Positions 27,567 to 40,000 of a stretch of 64,000 nucleotides of DNA are shown one piece after another. This stretch comes from Eledone cirrhosa (lineage: Eukaryota). The position numbers were made by a program, and so were the translations under genes. Location of the stretch: positions 400,768,001 to 400,832,000 of the forward strand of contig OZ024741.1 of NCBI GenBank assembly GCA_964016885.1. The letters run 5' to 3'. Under the pieces are notes generated by a model, which searched no databases, was not told the origin of the DNA, and was given only the letters and a program-made list of their open reading frames with translations. Position 1 is the stretch's first letter. Each line of letters begins with the position of its first letter.

Positions 27567-28606
27567 TGTATATATATATATATATATATAAAATAAAAAT
27601 AAAGATAAAGATAATAATGACAAAAATAAAAGCAAAGAAGGGGGTGAGAAAGAAGAAAAGAAAAGATAGCCAAGAAGGGGGAAGGAAGGAAGAAAACGAA
27701 GAAATAGAAGAGGAATGAGGGAGGAGAGGGGGATATATGTATTGGTTTTGTGGGTAATTAAAGGGTCTAGATATAAGAGGGTATAAAGTCTAAGTATATG
27801 CAGTTTGTCAGTTGGTAGTAAGAGGTTAAGGGTTCGATTTGTAGTGCGAAAACTTATCTTTGAGTCTATGGTTACAATAAATTGATCTCTCGATTTTATT
27901 GTTGAGTAACTTATTCTTCGAACTTAAGATGTGGAACAGCTCAAGGTCGCATAATCGACAGCTTCTCATACCACTCCGATATGGGGGCGCGTTCGATAAT
28001 TTTTTCCACTTCAGGGTGTATTGATGGTTACTTTCTCTCAGTTGCCAGGTCTTGTTTGCATCCCTCCCACTATTATCTATTTAATTCTCTTTAACTCACT
28101 ACACTCCACGACATGATGTCTGTTATCAAAACTGACCAAAGAATCCTTCCACCTCTACCCCTCCCTCCATCTCAGTTTGTCATTCTACTTCCTACCTCTT
28201 CCCCCTTCCTCTCTCTCTATACTATGCCGTCTGTCCCCTCACCTCCTGATTCCTCTCTCTCTATACTAGTAAATACAATTCCAAATAACTGTTTTTCTCT
28301 ATATATTAAGAATTATTTCAAGAGTAACTTACTATTTTGAAAATTTGGACTGTGAACAACAATTATAATTGAGTGGCTGCTATTTGCAGTATAGCAATAT
28401 AAGGTTGCACTTACCAATGAAACAGTCGTAAATACCTGGATAAAATCCTTCTCTTAATGCTTACCTGTGTTTTCTCTTTTATACTTTATACTCCAAGATT
28501 GAACGGAATTAACTTGTGGAGTTACCCCTAACCGTACGCTGAAACCATCCATGAAACTGGCTTTCTTAACCAAAAACTGGATCACAATAAGCAACTTTTT
28601 GCTTCT

Positions 28607-28611
<5 letters not shown>

Positions 28612-28671
<60 letters not shown>
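28612..28671. repeat. (TA)n microsatellite
   Basis: Direct. Confidence 0.95.
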
Positions 28672-28675
<4 letters not shown>

Positions 28676-28762
28676 CACTCACATATACATATTAGTAATA
28701 TTTATAACTTTATGCAATATATGAAGACATTTTTCTCTAACTTGTCATATTCTGTTTTTTAG

Positions 28763-29181
28763 ACAAATCCAAATACATAAGTGTATGTTATTATACTAAT
28801 TGGTCACCGGTGAAACATGAAGCACAAGCTCGGTTATTTCCTCAAGATTTACCTGGCAACTTATGTACCCATCTAGTTTATGCTTTTGTGAAAATCAAGG
28901 ATGATTTATCTATATATACATCAGAAGAAAAAGACCTTCAAGGCAACTATGAGAAGTTTAATAATCTTCGAACCCGCTACAACTGCGTTACGATGTTATC
29001 AGTTGGTGGAGAGTCAGCTAAAGCTAGACATTTTGAAATGGCTTCTGGATCTGCTGAAAATAGAACAAAATTTGCTGAAAACATTGTTAATTATGTACGG
29101 AAATATAAATTTGATGGAATTGATATTGACTGGGAGTACCCTAACTCTGAGACTAGACATGACTTCACCTTACTATTAAAG
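28763..29181 (+). CDS. GH18 chitinase, first identified coding exon (catalytic motif)
   Basis: ttttttAG acceptor; KSKYISVCYYTNWS...LCTHLVYAF...SVGG...FDGIDIDWEYP...LLLK; AAG|GTAAGA donor (phase 0); needs an upstream phase-1 exon. Confidence 0.95.
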
Positions 29182-29460
29182 GTAAGACAACATATGCTTT
29201 CTTCTTAATTGCTTTACAAGAGTAGGCAGAAAAGTTTATAGGTTGACTATGAAGGAGTGATGCTAGAGCTGTGAAATCTTACATGCATTAATTTTAACTC
29301 ATTAATAACTGCATTGTTTCTTTCTAGGGACTATGTTGAAAAATAAACCTCATTTGGTCATTCACTGAGAGTATCTTGGCCAGCCTATGAACTTCTCAGC
29401 CAACTCTTGTGTGTATGCATATGTATATATATATATATATTTCTTTATTTACCATAAAGG

Positions 29461-30922
29461 TGTAGCAGTGGCCTCCCTTGTTGTGACTCACAACCCCAAT
29501 AGATTAACAACATCTAGACGGGAAGTAGAACCCTTTCTGTAACTTCCGGTCAGAACCCTATAAAACTAACAACTTTAAGTTCTCTGCTTCTCATTTGCCC
29601 TTCCGGCACCTGGCCTTCGCCAGGCGTCTCGCGTTTGCCTGGCAATCAAAACGGTAACTACTAACTTTGCTACATTCTATCATCTATTACTTTGACATGT
29701 CAATAAAATAGATGAAAGAATGTAGCAAAGTTAGTAGTTACCTCGATGTTGAGAATGCGTTGACCTGGAAGGGTCAAGAGGCTAGCGACCAAAGAAATAA
29801 GCATTCTGAATAAATGCGCAGTTTTCAACGGCAAATTTACGTGGTGAATTTTTAAACCGGCAAATAGGAGAATATAGCTTAAGGCTGAAGAATCCTTGGC
29901 GAGAAACGTTATCTCTGGCGTGCGGCTATCTCTGTGAGTCGAGAATTTGTGCTGCCTACACGTGCCAAGTTAGGTTTAAAAAAATAATATTTCTAACGCG
30001 CGAGAAAATGATAGTGCAAGTGTGAAAGTGACACTGATGAAAAAAAAAGGCTTCACTTAGCATAATTATTGGTGTGAACTTTGGAAAAAAAAACTTGAAC
30101 GATGAAGAAAACGATGAAAAAAAAAAGGCAATGGTTCATCGAAAATAAATGTTCCTGTTGAAATGTTTTTTAAAGAATATCAAATTTCTTTTTTTTTGTT
30201 TTTTGTTTTTTTTTGTTTTGAAAGTGCTCGTTGTAAGAAACGAGAAACATATATATATATCGTGAAATGCGACAGTTAGTTGATGCGTGAGAGAAAAAGT
30301 CTGTCTGAACGCGAATTTCACATGTGCGTGTGTGCTTTTCTTTGAGTATTTTCAGTTTGTCAATAAATTTGCTGTGTATTCGTAATGTTACTCACACAAC
30401 ACCAGATTCTGCTATTTTTTTTTTTTTCGGGGTGACCACTTATAGCGATGAATGGCTGCGTGTTCGTATCACGTCAGGGTTACCAATATAGAAAATAAAT
30501 AGCGGTGTACATGCAACATAATATAAAAGACAGTAAATACTGGTGTGTGTGTGTGCGTAATAAAGTTTTTACTTCATAGAAGTCAAAAGGCATATAATAT
30601 AAGGGTTTGTTACCCGATGGTAATAATACAATTCTGAAGTTGGTAGAAACATCTTAGGCTCTCATCTCAGGCTGCAAGCTGCATTGTGCTTGGTAACGAA
30701 AGGGTCGTCCAGAAGGAATCACAAGCTATGGTCGAAGGGGTTACCACTTCAGGAATCAGGAGGCGAGAGAGAGATTTCGCGGTAAACCGCTCCTTTTATA
30801 TCTGTTGACCGGAAGTGACCACCAGGGAGTCTGGTCAATCCCAAAGGGAAGCAACTCCACCTACTTCCTGTCTAGAGAGCAGTGATTAGATTGTCGTGGC
30901 AGGGGAGGCAACTCTTACTACA
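29461..30922. mobile_element. 1462-bp non-coding TGT...ACA element with imperfect terminal inverted repeats and 4-bp TSD (AAGG); non-autonomous Ginger-like transposon or unusual solo LTR
   Basis: AAGG at 29457-29460 and 30923-30926; ends TGTAGCAGTGGCCTCCCTTG and (reverse complement) TGTAGTAAGAGTTGCCTCCCCTG; removing it restores a Tx1 3' end that aligns with copy 2. Confidence 0.85.
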
Positions 30923-31119
30923 AAGGCATAAAAAGAGGGGACAAATACAAAGGGGGAGTTTACATACAATCGAGTAAAAGGGTATAAAATGAAAATAATC
31001 GAAAACAACCTCAAAAGGGAGGGAACGTGATGGGGGTTACACACACCCCCGAAAAAGTGTGTAATCCTTTGCCCGGGGAGCACATGGAGAATGTGCGCCC
31101 CTCTCCTTCACTTCTTTAC

Positions 31120-34100
31120 CTACAGGATGGTATACAGAGAAGGCCCATTTACACGAGCCATTCTCGCCACTATCACCCACCTTTCATAAAACTGGCTGTG
31201 GTCAAGCACCTCTCTCTCCATTCTTATCCTTCTTCCGAAGTGATATCGGAAGAAGTAGACCAGACTATGGCCAGAGAGGAAGTTGCCTGACCTCAGACCT
31301 TTCAATCGTGTCCACCAAACAACCTCTTTCAACATGGCTATTACGCACAGAAAAACCGCCTTTGCTTCCTTTGTGAAGAGGGGAGGCGGTTTGATTGTCA
31401 TCACAGACTCGGCGGTCAATTGAATCGGCGCCACCCGCGACAGCAGTCGTTCGGCGTAGCCCCACAGATCAGCCACGCCCGGACATTGCACCAATGCGTG
31501 CGCAACGGTTTCTTCGTGACGCACGCATCTAGGGCAAATCTTTTTCGAGGGATCCCTGCCCGGGCGCCCGTGTCTGTAGAGCCTCTCTCGAACGGGTAGA
31601 GTCCCCGGTAGCACTGCCAGGCTAGTGACTTCTGGAAGTTGTCCAGTGGTCCCGGGCCGAAAGTCCTACCGAACAGGCTGGCCAGTTCGTCCTCTTCCAT
31701 GTCCAGCGACTCTCCAAGGGTGTCATCGCCCCTGCTAGCCACCAGCCCTCTATAGAATAATGAGGTGGATTCTCCACCGATGGCCTGGCCCGCTTGCCAG
31801 AGAGCCCTGAGCGCCTGAGCACACTCAGTGTACCAGTCTCCCAGTTTTCCGGATCTTTGCTTGACCCAGGACTGCAGCTCGGTGAGCGAGACGAGTCTCG
31901 GAAAGGCTCGTTTCACGAACGGAGCCCACACCGGTTGACCAGTGAGGAATACCTGTAGGTGCCGTAGCCTTAATGCGTGCCTACGCATCATCAACCACGG
32001 CATCCCCAGCCCTCCTTTCGAAGGTTGTTGGCAGCAGATGGATCTTCTCAACATAGGAGGGCGCTTCTTCCAAAGAAATTGGAAGAGCATGCGTTCCATG
32101 GTGGTGAGTGTTTCCTTAGGGCAAGGCACGACAGTCAGGCTGTAGTAAGTGACGGACGCTATGTAAATTTTCGCCCCCTCCGTCCGGCCTTTTAGGGACA
32201 GCTTACACTTGGCCCATTTCTGGGTTAGTGCAAACACCTTGTTCGTAACCTCGTCCCAGTTCTTTTCCACCTGGAAGTCCGGTCCAAACCAGACTCCAAG
32301 CAACTTTACCGGGCCCTCCGTCCAGTGTCCGACGACACCGTCGGGAGGCATCGGTCTGCCTCTCCACGTTCCGAGTTGCAGCCCGATGGATTTTTCCCGG
32401 TTCAGTTTCGCTCCTGACAACCTTTCGTAATCCTCCAGTAAGGTACCGATCGCCTCGACCTCCGAGTCGGTCGATACCATTACTGTTACGTCATCGGCGT
32501 AGGCCGACACCGCTTTGCTCAATCCTGGTTCCAAGGGGATACCCTGCAACAACTCCAACTTCCTCAGTAAAGGCTCGAGAGTCAATACGTACAGAAGGGA
32601 GGAGAGAGGGCACCCCTGTCGAATGGATCGTGTGATTTCGAACGGCTTCGAAAGGTGGCCGTTCACCTTGATCCTAGAACAGATGTGGTTGCTATGTAAG
32701 GCAGTGATCCAACCTCTGAAAACAGGACCGAACCCAGCCGCCGCTAGCACCGCATCCAGGTAACCATGGTCGACCCTATCGAAGGCCTTAGACTGATCCA
32801 AGTTGATCAGGGCCCCACCGAAGCCGGGTTTGTTGCCAACCCTCTCTATGATGTATCGCATGAGGTGGAGGTTATCGTGAATGGACCTGGATGGGATAGC
32901 ACATGTCTGCGCATCTCCCACCAGGCCACCCACGACAAGCGCCAACCTCTTTGCTAACACCTTGGCCAAAATCTTTAACTCTGTGTTTAGCAGGGTTATG
33001 GGCCGAAAATTATTTATGCTATCCCCCTTGTTCTCGCCCTTCCTCACCAGCGAGAATACGCCCTTGGCTACAGAACAAGGAATTCTCCCGTTCTGCTGCC
33101 AATTGCAGTAGACCGCTTCGAGGAGTTCGGAGAAGAAGACCGGCATTGCTAAATAAAGTTCGTAAGGTATACCATCGAGACCTGGAGATTTGCATCTGCT
33201 GCATTGGCTCAGCGCATCCCCGATCTCATCAGCCGAGATTGGTCCCTCGCAGGACTCTGCCTCTTCGCTCGAGAGACGCGGCAGGCCGTCGAGGTATGGA
33301 CCGAAATCCACGTCCCCGCCCGGACCCTCGCCTTCCCCGAATAATCGGGCAAAGTGCCTTTGAAAGGCCTCGCACATCTGCTTAGGCTCCCGGATCACCC
33401 GTCCATCCTCGTCTTGCAACGACCGGATGGTGGATCGATTTCCACTCTTAGCTTCTGTCACGCGGGCCCAGCCAACGGCTTTGGCCCCCTCATTACCTAG
33501 AGCACGTATTTTACTTCGAATGACGCAGCCTTCGTGCTTTGCATCGAAAAACTGGTTCAAGGCCGTCCTCGATGCCAGCACTCTGGCCACATCTTCGCTC
33601 TTGATTGCCTCTTTTAATTTACCTGTTAATTCTTTCTCGTTTCTATTCCTATCGGCAGCTAACATCTTGCTATAACTTATTGATTCTGTTCTAATCTCTC
33701 TTTTGAGAGATGCCCACCATCGGTTGTTGACGATTGCACCCGTCAACCTCTCCTTAACTAATCTGCTAATCCGGTTTCTGTAAGTCTCTTTTGCCGGTAA
33801 AGACAAATTAAGTTTCCAGTAACCGGGACCCTGTTTATGTGTTTTCTCGAGATTGACTACGCAGGTCACTAATTTGTGATCCGTATAGCCAACCGTGCGC
33901 ATTTCTGGACAGCTTAATATGTCCCTATCCTTACTTCTAACTAAGAATCTATCTAAGTACGATCTAGATTGACCACTGTGGTTTCTCCAAGTCCAGGTAG
34001 GCACAGTTGGAAAATCTAGTCGATATCTATCGACCAAGTTAAAACGGTCGAGTAATCCCTTGAGGCTGTTGCACCCCCCTCTATTAGGACATGCTCCTGC

Positions 34101-34556
34101 ATAGTCCCAACGTGCATCTAGGATGTCATTCCAATCCCCCGCTAGAAGCAGGGAACGCGATGTTCCCAGAAAAGTCTCCAAACGCTGGAAGAAGTCGGGC
34201 CGTTCAGCTCCGAAAGGGGAGTAGACGGCGACCAGTCTCAAGGCCGCACCTTCACTACTGCCAACCTCTAGCACCAACAAACGACCCTCCGGGTCCGAGT
34301 GAACAACCTGTACGGCAAGACCCAGGTGTTTTTGCAGCAGTATGACAACCACACTCCCACCTCCAGGTTGACAGAGAGATGCATGCACCTCAAAGTCATT
34401 GAAGGTAGGGGCCAGCTGCCGCACGACGCTGATCCGAGTCTCACAGATAACCATTACATTTATACCACATGACCTGAGGTCATTTAGAAGCTTTGCATGC
34501 TTCCAAGTTGAGCCCAGGCCACGTGCATTCAAACATCCTACTCTTAACACATCCAT
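31120..34556 (-). pseudogene. Tx1 copy 1 ORF2 (APE endonuclease + RT + C-terminal zinc finger) with one frameshift at ~31603-31606
   Basis: LNARGL, ICET, GDWN, SYLDRF, TDH; DQSKAFD, RQGCPLS, YADD; C-terminal CPRC...H...C continues in ORF 31120-31614. Confidence 0.92.
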
Positions 34557-34589
34557 GTGGGCGGCAGAGCCAAAGGAGAGTGTAGAGAC

Positions 34590-36407
34590 CTACCTTTCTG
34601 CTTCCCGGGGTTCGGGTCGTACGACTTCCATGGCGTCGGGGGTGTTGGGTGAAGGGGTGTCATGTGGTGGTGTGGGGTCGTCAGTGTGTGGTGAGGTTGG
34701 GGTGTTTGGAGTTGTGTTGGGGAGGGGAAGGGGAGGGGGAAAGCTTTTTAGTAGGACGCGGTTTATGGGTTTGACAGAGGGTGGTCCTACGTCCTCCTTA
34801 AAATCCTTTTTAAGTTTTTGGTAGAGGTTCATTGGGATCTTTATTAGTTTTAAATGTGGGTAGTTTTCTGAAGAAACAAAGTTTACACCTTCGGTTTGTA
34901 CCGAAGGATTATTGTTTATGAGTTCATTTAATTTATTATTGTTTCTGTTGATGTAAGTATAGTGTAATGTCTTTTTTTCGGATGGTGTGAGTGTTTCGAA
35001 GAGGGGAGGGGCAGGTTTGGTTTTGTTTGTTGCTGGAGGGGCGTTTTGTGTTTTGTTGGATTGTGTTGACATTTGGGTGTGGGTTGTTTGGCCTTGTGTG
35101 TTTTGCACATGTTTTCTTTTTTTCCTTTTAATCTGTCTGAAGGACTCCGTTTCTTCCTCCGAATTCGTTGGGTTATCTTCAGTGTTGGAGGGAAGAGGTA
35201 TGTTTGCTGGTAATGTTTCCGTGTTGGTTTTCTTTGTGGGGGAGATGGATGTCACTATGTTAGACTGTGTTGTGTGTTGTGGCTGCGGTGGTTGTGTTGT
35301 TTTATTGAGTGAGGGGTTGGGTGGGCCTGTATTTTGTTTTGGGGTAATGTGTTGTGACTGTTTGTGTTGTGGTGGTGGTGTAGTTTTACTGAGGGACGGG
35401 TTGGGTGGGACTGAGTTTTGTTGTTTGTTTATCTGTTGTGGTGGTGGTGGTGGTGGAGCTGGTGTTGGTAGCAGGGTTTTCTTTTTGTTGAGTTGGGGAC
35501 AAGCCGCCTTCAGGTGCCCTCTGCCTGCACAGATATGACAGGACGGCCTTCTCCTCTCCACGCTTATGTTTATATACCCGTAGCCCTCTAATAGGATTCT
35601 GTCGGGTATTTGGGCGATGCGTTCAGGCTTCATTTGCACTACAAGTTCTATACCTGTTCCACTGAACGCATTGCCTGTGGTTTTCCCAATGGAAATCACG
35701 TTGTCATTCGCTGGATCGATGAAGCCAGCTATGAGCCAGCAGTAGTCCACATCTGGCATCATTGCATCCAGCCATATGCGTTGAGTTCTTTTACCCATAT
35801 AAGATGGATAAAAGGTAAAATTTTTCGAACGAATCGGTGACAAAGCACATTTTTTTGCCGCCGATTCGTTCTTCATAATAATCGCTAGGCTTCCATACAG
35901 TCTGTCTTTTCTTATGAAAGTGGTTTCATTAAGTACTTCTGTAAGTACTGTTTTGATTTCTGTTTGAGTTGGCTGTTCAGGTTTTTTAGAAATATTGTTG
36001 ATGGTGCGGAAAACGACCGTTCGACTTTCAATGTCTTTGGTGAGTTCTTGAGGCATTTTTACCGATAAAATACCATTTTCTCCTTCAGTTATGTATTGTT
36101 TGGCGTCTGTAATTCTTTCTGCCACATCTGAAATATTTTCAGGTATACATGTCAAAGATTTCTTTGTTGTTTGTGCAAATGAAATATTATTGGTGTTGAC
36201 TTTGCCGTCTGCTTTGCTTTCTGTTATGATGTTGTTTTCAAATGTTATTTTTGTGTTTGTCGTGTCTTTGTTTGTGGTATTAATATTGTCATGCAATTTT
36301 TCGAACTTTTTTTTTTCGTTGTTGCAATCAATGTCCAGATTTGTGTTTTCGTCATTTTTCTCCGCAGATTCGTCTGTTTTTATTTTATTTTTTCTTTCCT
36401 TCTCCAT
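34590..36407 (-). CDS. Tx1 copy 1 ORF1 (gag-like nucleic-acid-binding protein)
   Basis: 605-aa ORF with CHICAGRGHLKAAC zinc knuckle, Pro/Thr/Gln-rich tail and KRKKRK basic patch, directly upstream of ORF2. Confidence 0.88.
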   Translation of the reverse strand: MEKERKNKIKTDESAEKNDENTNLDIDCNNEKKKFEKLHDNINTTNKDTTNTKITFENNIITESKADGKVNTNNISFAQTTKKSLTCIPENISDVAERITDAKQYITEGENGILSVKMPQELTKDIESRTVVFRTINNISKKPEQPTQTEIKTVLTEVLNETTFIRKDRLYGSLAIIMKNESAAKKCALSPIRSKNFTFYPSYMGKRTQRIWLDAMMPDVDYCWLIAGFIDPANDNVISIGKTTGNAFSGTGIELVVQMKPERIAQIPDRILLEGYGYINISVERRRPSCHICAGRGHLKAACPQLNKKKTLLPTPAPPPPPPQQINKQQNSVPPNPSLSKTTPPPQHKQSQHITPKQNTGPPNPSLNKTTQPPQPQHTTQSNIVTSISPTKKTNTETLPANIPLPSNTEDNPTNSEEETESFRQIKRKKRKHVQNTQGQTTHTQMSTQSNKTQNAPPATNKTKPAPPLFETLTPSEKKTLHYTYINRNNNKLNELINNNPSVQTEGVNFVSSENYPHLKLIKIPMNLYQKLKKDFKEDVGPPSVKPINRVLLKSFPPPLPLPNTTPNTPTSPHTDDPTPPHDTPSPNTPDAMEVVRPEPREAER

Positions 36408-37020
36408 GACGTTAGTTGGGAAGGAAGGGGAGACTAAAGCGTGCGAGCTTACAACTCTTACCGCTGTCCCCCCACCACTATTTCGTTAGCTTCGTTTAAC
36501 ATTTCTGTCAGACGATTGAAATTTTTTTGCCACAAAATTTTTAAAAACAGGTTTTTCACCCCTAGGAGGGGTAAAGATGAGCTGACCCACCGCCTGACAG
36601 TTCAGACGGGGGGGGGGGTCAAGCTACACAATAGTATCAAAATTAAAATTGAACTTACAAAATTTCCGCAATAAATTTGAACAAAACTTCTGCGCGAAGT
36701 GAATTACATCCACACTGTAGAACAGACGACAGCTAGATCTCTATGTATATATATATATATATGTTTCTTTTATTTGCCACCAGGGCATCAAAAGTGGGAC
36801 AAGTACAAGGGGGGAGTTTACACAAAAAGGCGTCCTCAATAAGGAGGAGGCAATAACAATATATAAAAATAATATATAACAAAAAAATAAAATTTATAAC
36901 AAAATCCTCAATAGAGAGGAGGCGCCTTGGGGGGTCGCACACACCCCCGAAAAAAGTGTGCAACCCTTTTCCTCAGCAGCTCAGAGAGGGGGTGCTCCCT
37001 CGTTCCTTCCTCTTTTCCCC

Positions 37021-40000
37021 CTACAGGCTTATGTAAAGAGAAGGCCCATTCACACGGGCCATTCTCGCCACTTTCACCCACCTTTCATAGAAACGGCTGG
37101 GGTGCAGCACCTCTCTCTCCATCCTGATCCTTCTTCCGAAATGATATCGGAAGAAACGGACCAGTTGTTGGCCAGAGAGAAAGGTGCCTGACCTCAGTCC
37201 TTTCAGACGCGTCCACCATACAACCTCTTTCGCCATGGCTATTACGCACAGAAACACCGCCTCTGCTTCATCTTTGAAGTGGGGAGGCGGCTTGATCATT
37301 ACAATAGACTCGGTGATCAACCGGATCGGTCCCACCCTTGACAGCAGTTGTTCGACATAGCCCCACAGATCGGCTACGCCCGAGCAGTGTACCAATGCGT
37401 GTGCAACGGTTTCCTCGTCGCACACGCATCTGGGACAGATCTTTTTGGCGGTGTCCCTACCCGGGCGCCCGTGTCTGTAGAGCTTTTCTCGAACGGGTAG
37501 AGCCCCTCGGTAGCACTGCCAGGCCAGGGACTTCTGGAAGTTGTCCATAGGTCCCGGGCTGAATGTCCTACCGAACAGGCTGGCCAGTTCGTCCTCCTCC
37601 ATGTCTAGGGCTTCTCCGAGGGCGTCGTCGCACCTGCTGCGTATCAGCCCTCTATAGAATGTTGCAGTGGAGTCTCCACTGATAATCGGATCCGCCTGCC
37701 AGAGGGCGGTGAGCGCCTGGGCACACTCAGTGTGCCAGGCGCCCAGTTTTCTCGGTCTTTGCTTGACCCAGGATTGCAGCTCGGTGAGTGAGACGAGTCT
37801 GGGAAAGGTTCGTCTCACAAACGAGGCCCACACCGGTTGACCGGTGAGGAATACGTAGAGGTGCCGTAGCCTTAATGCGTGTTTACGCATCATTAGCCAC
37901 GGCATCCCCAGCCCTCCTTTCGAAGGGTGTTGACAGCAGATGGATCTCCTCACCATAGGAGCCCGCTTCTTCCAAAGGAATTGGAAGAGCGCGCGCTCCA
38001 TCTTGGTGAGGGTTTCCCTTGGGCAGCGCACTACGGACAGGCGGTAGTAGATGACGGACGCTATAAAGGTGTTCGCCACCTCCGCCCGACCTTTCAGGGA
38101 TAGTTTGCAACTGGCCCACTTCTGGGTCAGTGCAAACACCCTGTTCGTAACCTCCGCCCAGTTTTTCTCCACCTGGAGGTCCGGTTCGAACCAGACCCCG
38201 AGCAACTTCACCGGGCCCTCCGTCCAGCGTCCGACGACGCCATCGGAGGGCATCGGTCTGCCCCTCCACGTGCCGAGTTGCAAACCGATCGACTTGTCCC
38301 GGTTCAGCTTAGCCCCTGTGAACCTTTCGTACTCCTCCAGTAAGGTGCCGACCGCCTCGATTTCGGAGGCCGTCGACACCATTACTGTCACGTCATCGGC
38401 GTAGGCCGACACCGCTTTCCGCAATCCCGGTTCCAAAGGGATGCCCTGCAACAACTCCAACTTCCGCAGTAGTGGCTCGAGAGTCAACACATACAGAAGG
38501 GAGGAGAGAGGGCACCCTTGTCGGATGGACCGCGCGATTTTGAACGGCTCCGAGAGGTAGCCGTTCACCTTGACCCTAGAGAAGATGCGGTCGCTGTGCA
38601 TAGCAGTGATCCAGCCCCTGAAACCGGGTCCGAAGCCTGCCGCCGCTAGCACCGCATCCAGGTAACCATGGTCGGCCCTATCGAACGCCTTAGATTGATC
38701 CAAGTTGATCAGAGCCCCACCAAAGCCGGGTTCGTTCCCAACCCTCTCTATGATGTATCGCATGAGGTGGAGGTTGTCATGGATGGACCTGGACGGGATA
38801 GCGCATGTCTGCGCATCTCCCACCAGGTTGCCCACGACAAGCGCCAACCTCTTTGCTAGCACCTTGGCCAAAATCTGAAACTCTGTATTTAGCAGAGTTA
38901 TGGGCCTGAAGTTACTTATTTCGTCCCCCTTGTTCTCGTCCTTCCTCACTAGCGTGACTACGCCCTTGGTCACAGTACAGGGAATTCTCCCGTTCTGTTG
39001 CCAGTTGCAGTAGACCGCCTCGAGGAGATCGGGGAACAAGTCCGGCATAGCTAGATATAATTCGTAAGGAAGACCATCGAGACCCGGGGATTTGCGTTTG
39101 CCGCATTGGCTCAGCACGTCCTCTATCTCAGCGGCCGAAATCGGCTCCTCGCAGGACTTCGCCTCCCTGTCCGAGAGACGCGGCAGGCCGTCGAGGTATG
39201 GACCGAAGTCCACGTTCCCAACCGGCTCCCCGCCCCTCCCGAACAGTCGGGCAAAGTGCCTTTGAAAGGCCTCACACATCTGCTTAGGCTCAAGAATCGC
39301 CCGTCCATCCAGGTCTCGCAAAGACCGGATGGTGGATTTAGTTCCACTCTTGGTCTCTGTCACGCGGGCCCAGCTAACAGCTTTGGTCCCCTCGTTCCCT
39401 AGAGCACGTATTTTACTTCGGACAACGCAGCCTTCGTGCTTCGCGTCGAAAAACTGGCTCAAAGCCGTTCTCGACGCTAGCATTCTGGCCACGTCGCCGC
39501 TTCTAATTGCCTCTTCTACTCTATCTATTAACTCCCTTTCCTTCCTATTCCTATCCGCAGCTAGAACCTTACTAAATTCTATCGAGACTACTCTAATCTC
39601 TCTCTTTAGAGATACCCACCACCTGCTGTTGACGATCGCTCCAGTCAACCGTTCCTTAACTAACGTACTAATCCGATCCCTGTAAGCTCTACTTGCCGGC
39701 AAGGACAAGTTGAGCTTCCAGTAACCGGGGCCCTGTCTATGCGTTCTATCAAGGTTGACCATGCAGGTCACCAACTTGTGGTCTGAATAGCCAACCATGA
39801 GCATTTCTGGACAACTTAAAAAGTCCCTGTCCTTATTTCTAACTAAAAATCTATCTAGGTACGACCTAGATGATCCGCTGCGATTTGACCAAGACCAGGT
39901 TGGCACCGTCGGAAAATCTAGTCGAAATCTATCGGCCAGGTCAAATCAGCCGAGTAACCCCTCGAGGCTGTTGCACCCCTCTCTATCGGGACATGCCCCT

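Larger units (their letters stand above)
25903..28612 (-). mobile_element. 5'-truncated Penelope-like element (probably Hydra-type) with inverted terminal repeats 25903-26329 / 28059-28485
   Basis: ~427-bp near-perfect inverted repeat (identical ORFs 26048-26275 and 28113-28340); minus strand 27840-28050 translates with one frameshift to WQLRESNHQYTLKW...PPYRSGMRSCRLCDLELFHIL...LLNNKIERSIYCNH, resembling the C-terminus of a PLE GIY-YIG endonuclease. Confidence 0.6.
29427..36741 (-). mobile_element. Full-length Tx1-clade (L1 group) LINE, copy 1; 3' UTR interrupted by 29461-30922
   Basis: ORF1 with CCHC knuckle, ORF2 APE-RT-zinc finger, AATAAA (29444-29449, minus) then (AT)n; 5' UTR homologous to copy 2. 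Confidence 0.9.

Noticed and set aside
26048-28340. Duplicated 75-aa gene on opposite strands
   Set aside because: By-product of the inverted terminal repeat; low-complexity peptide with no recognisable domain
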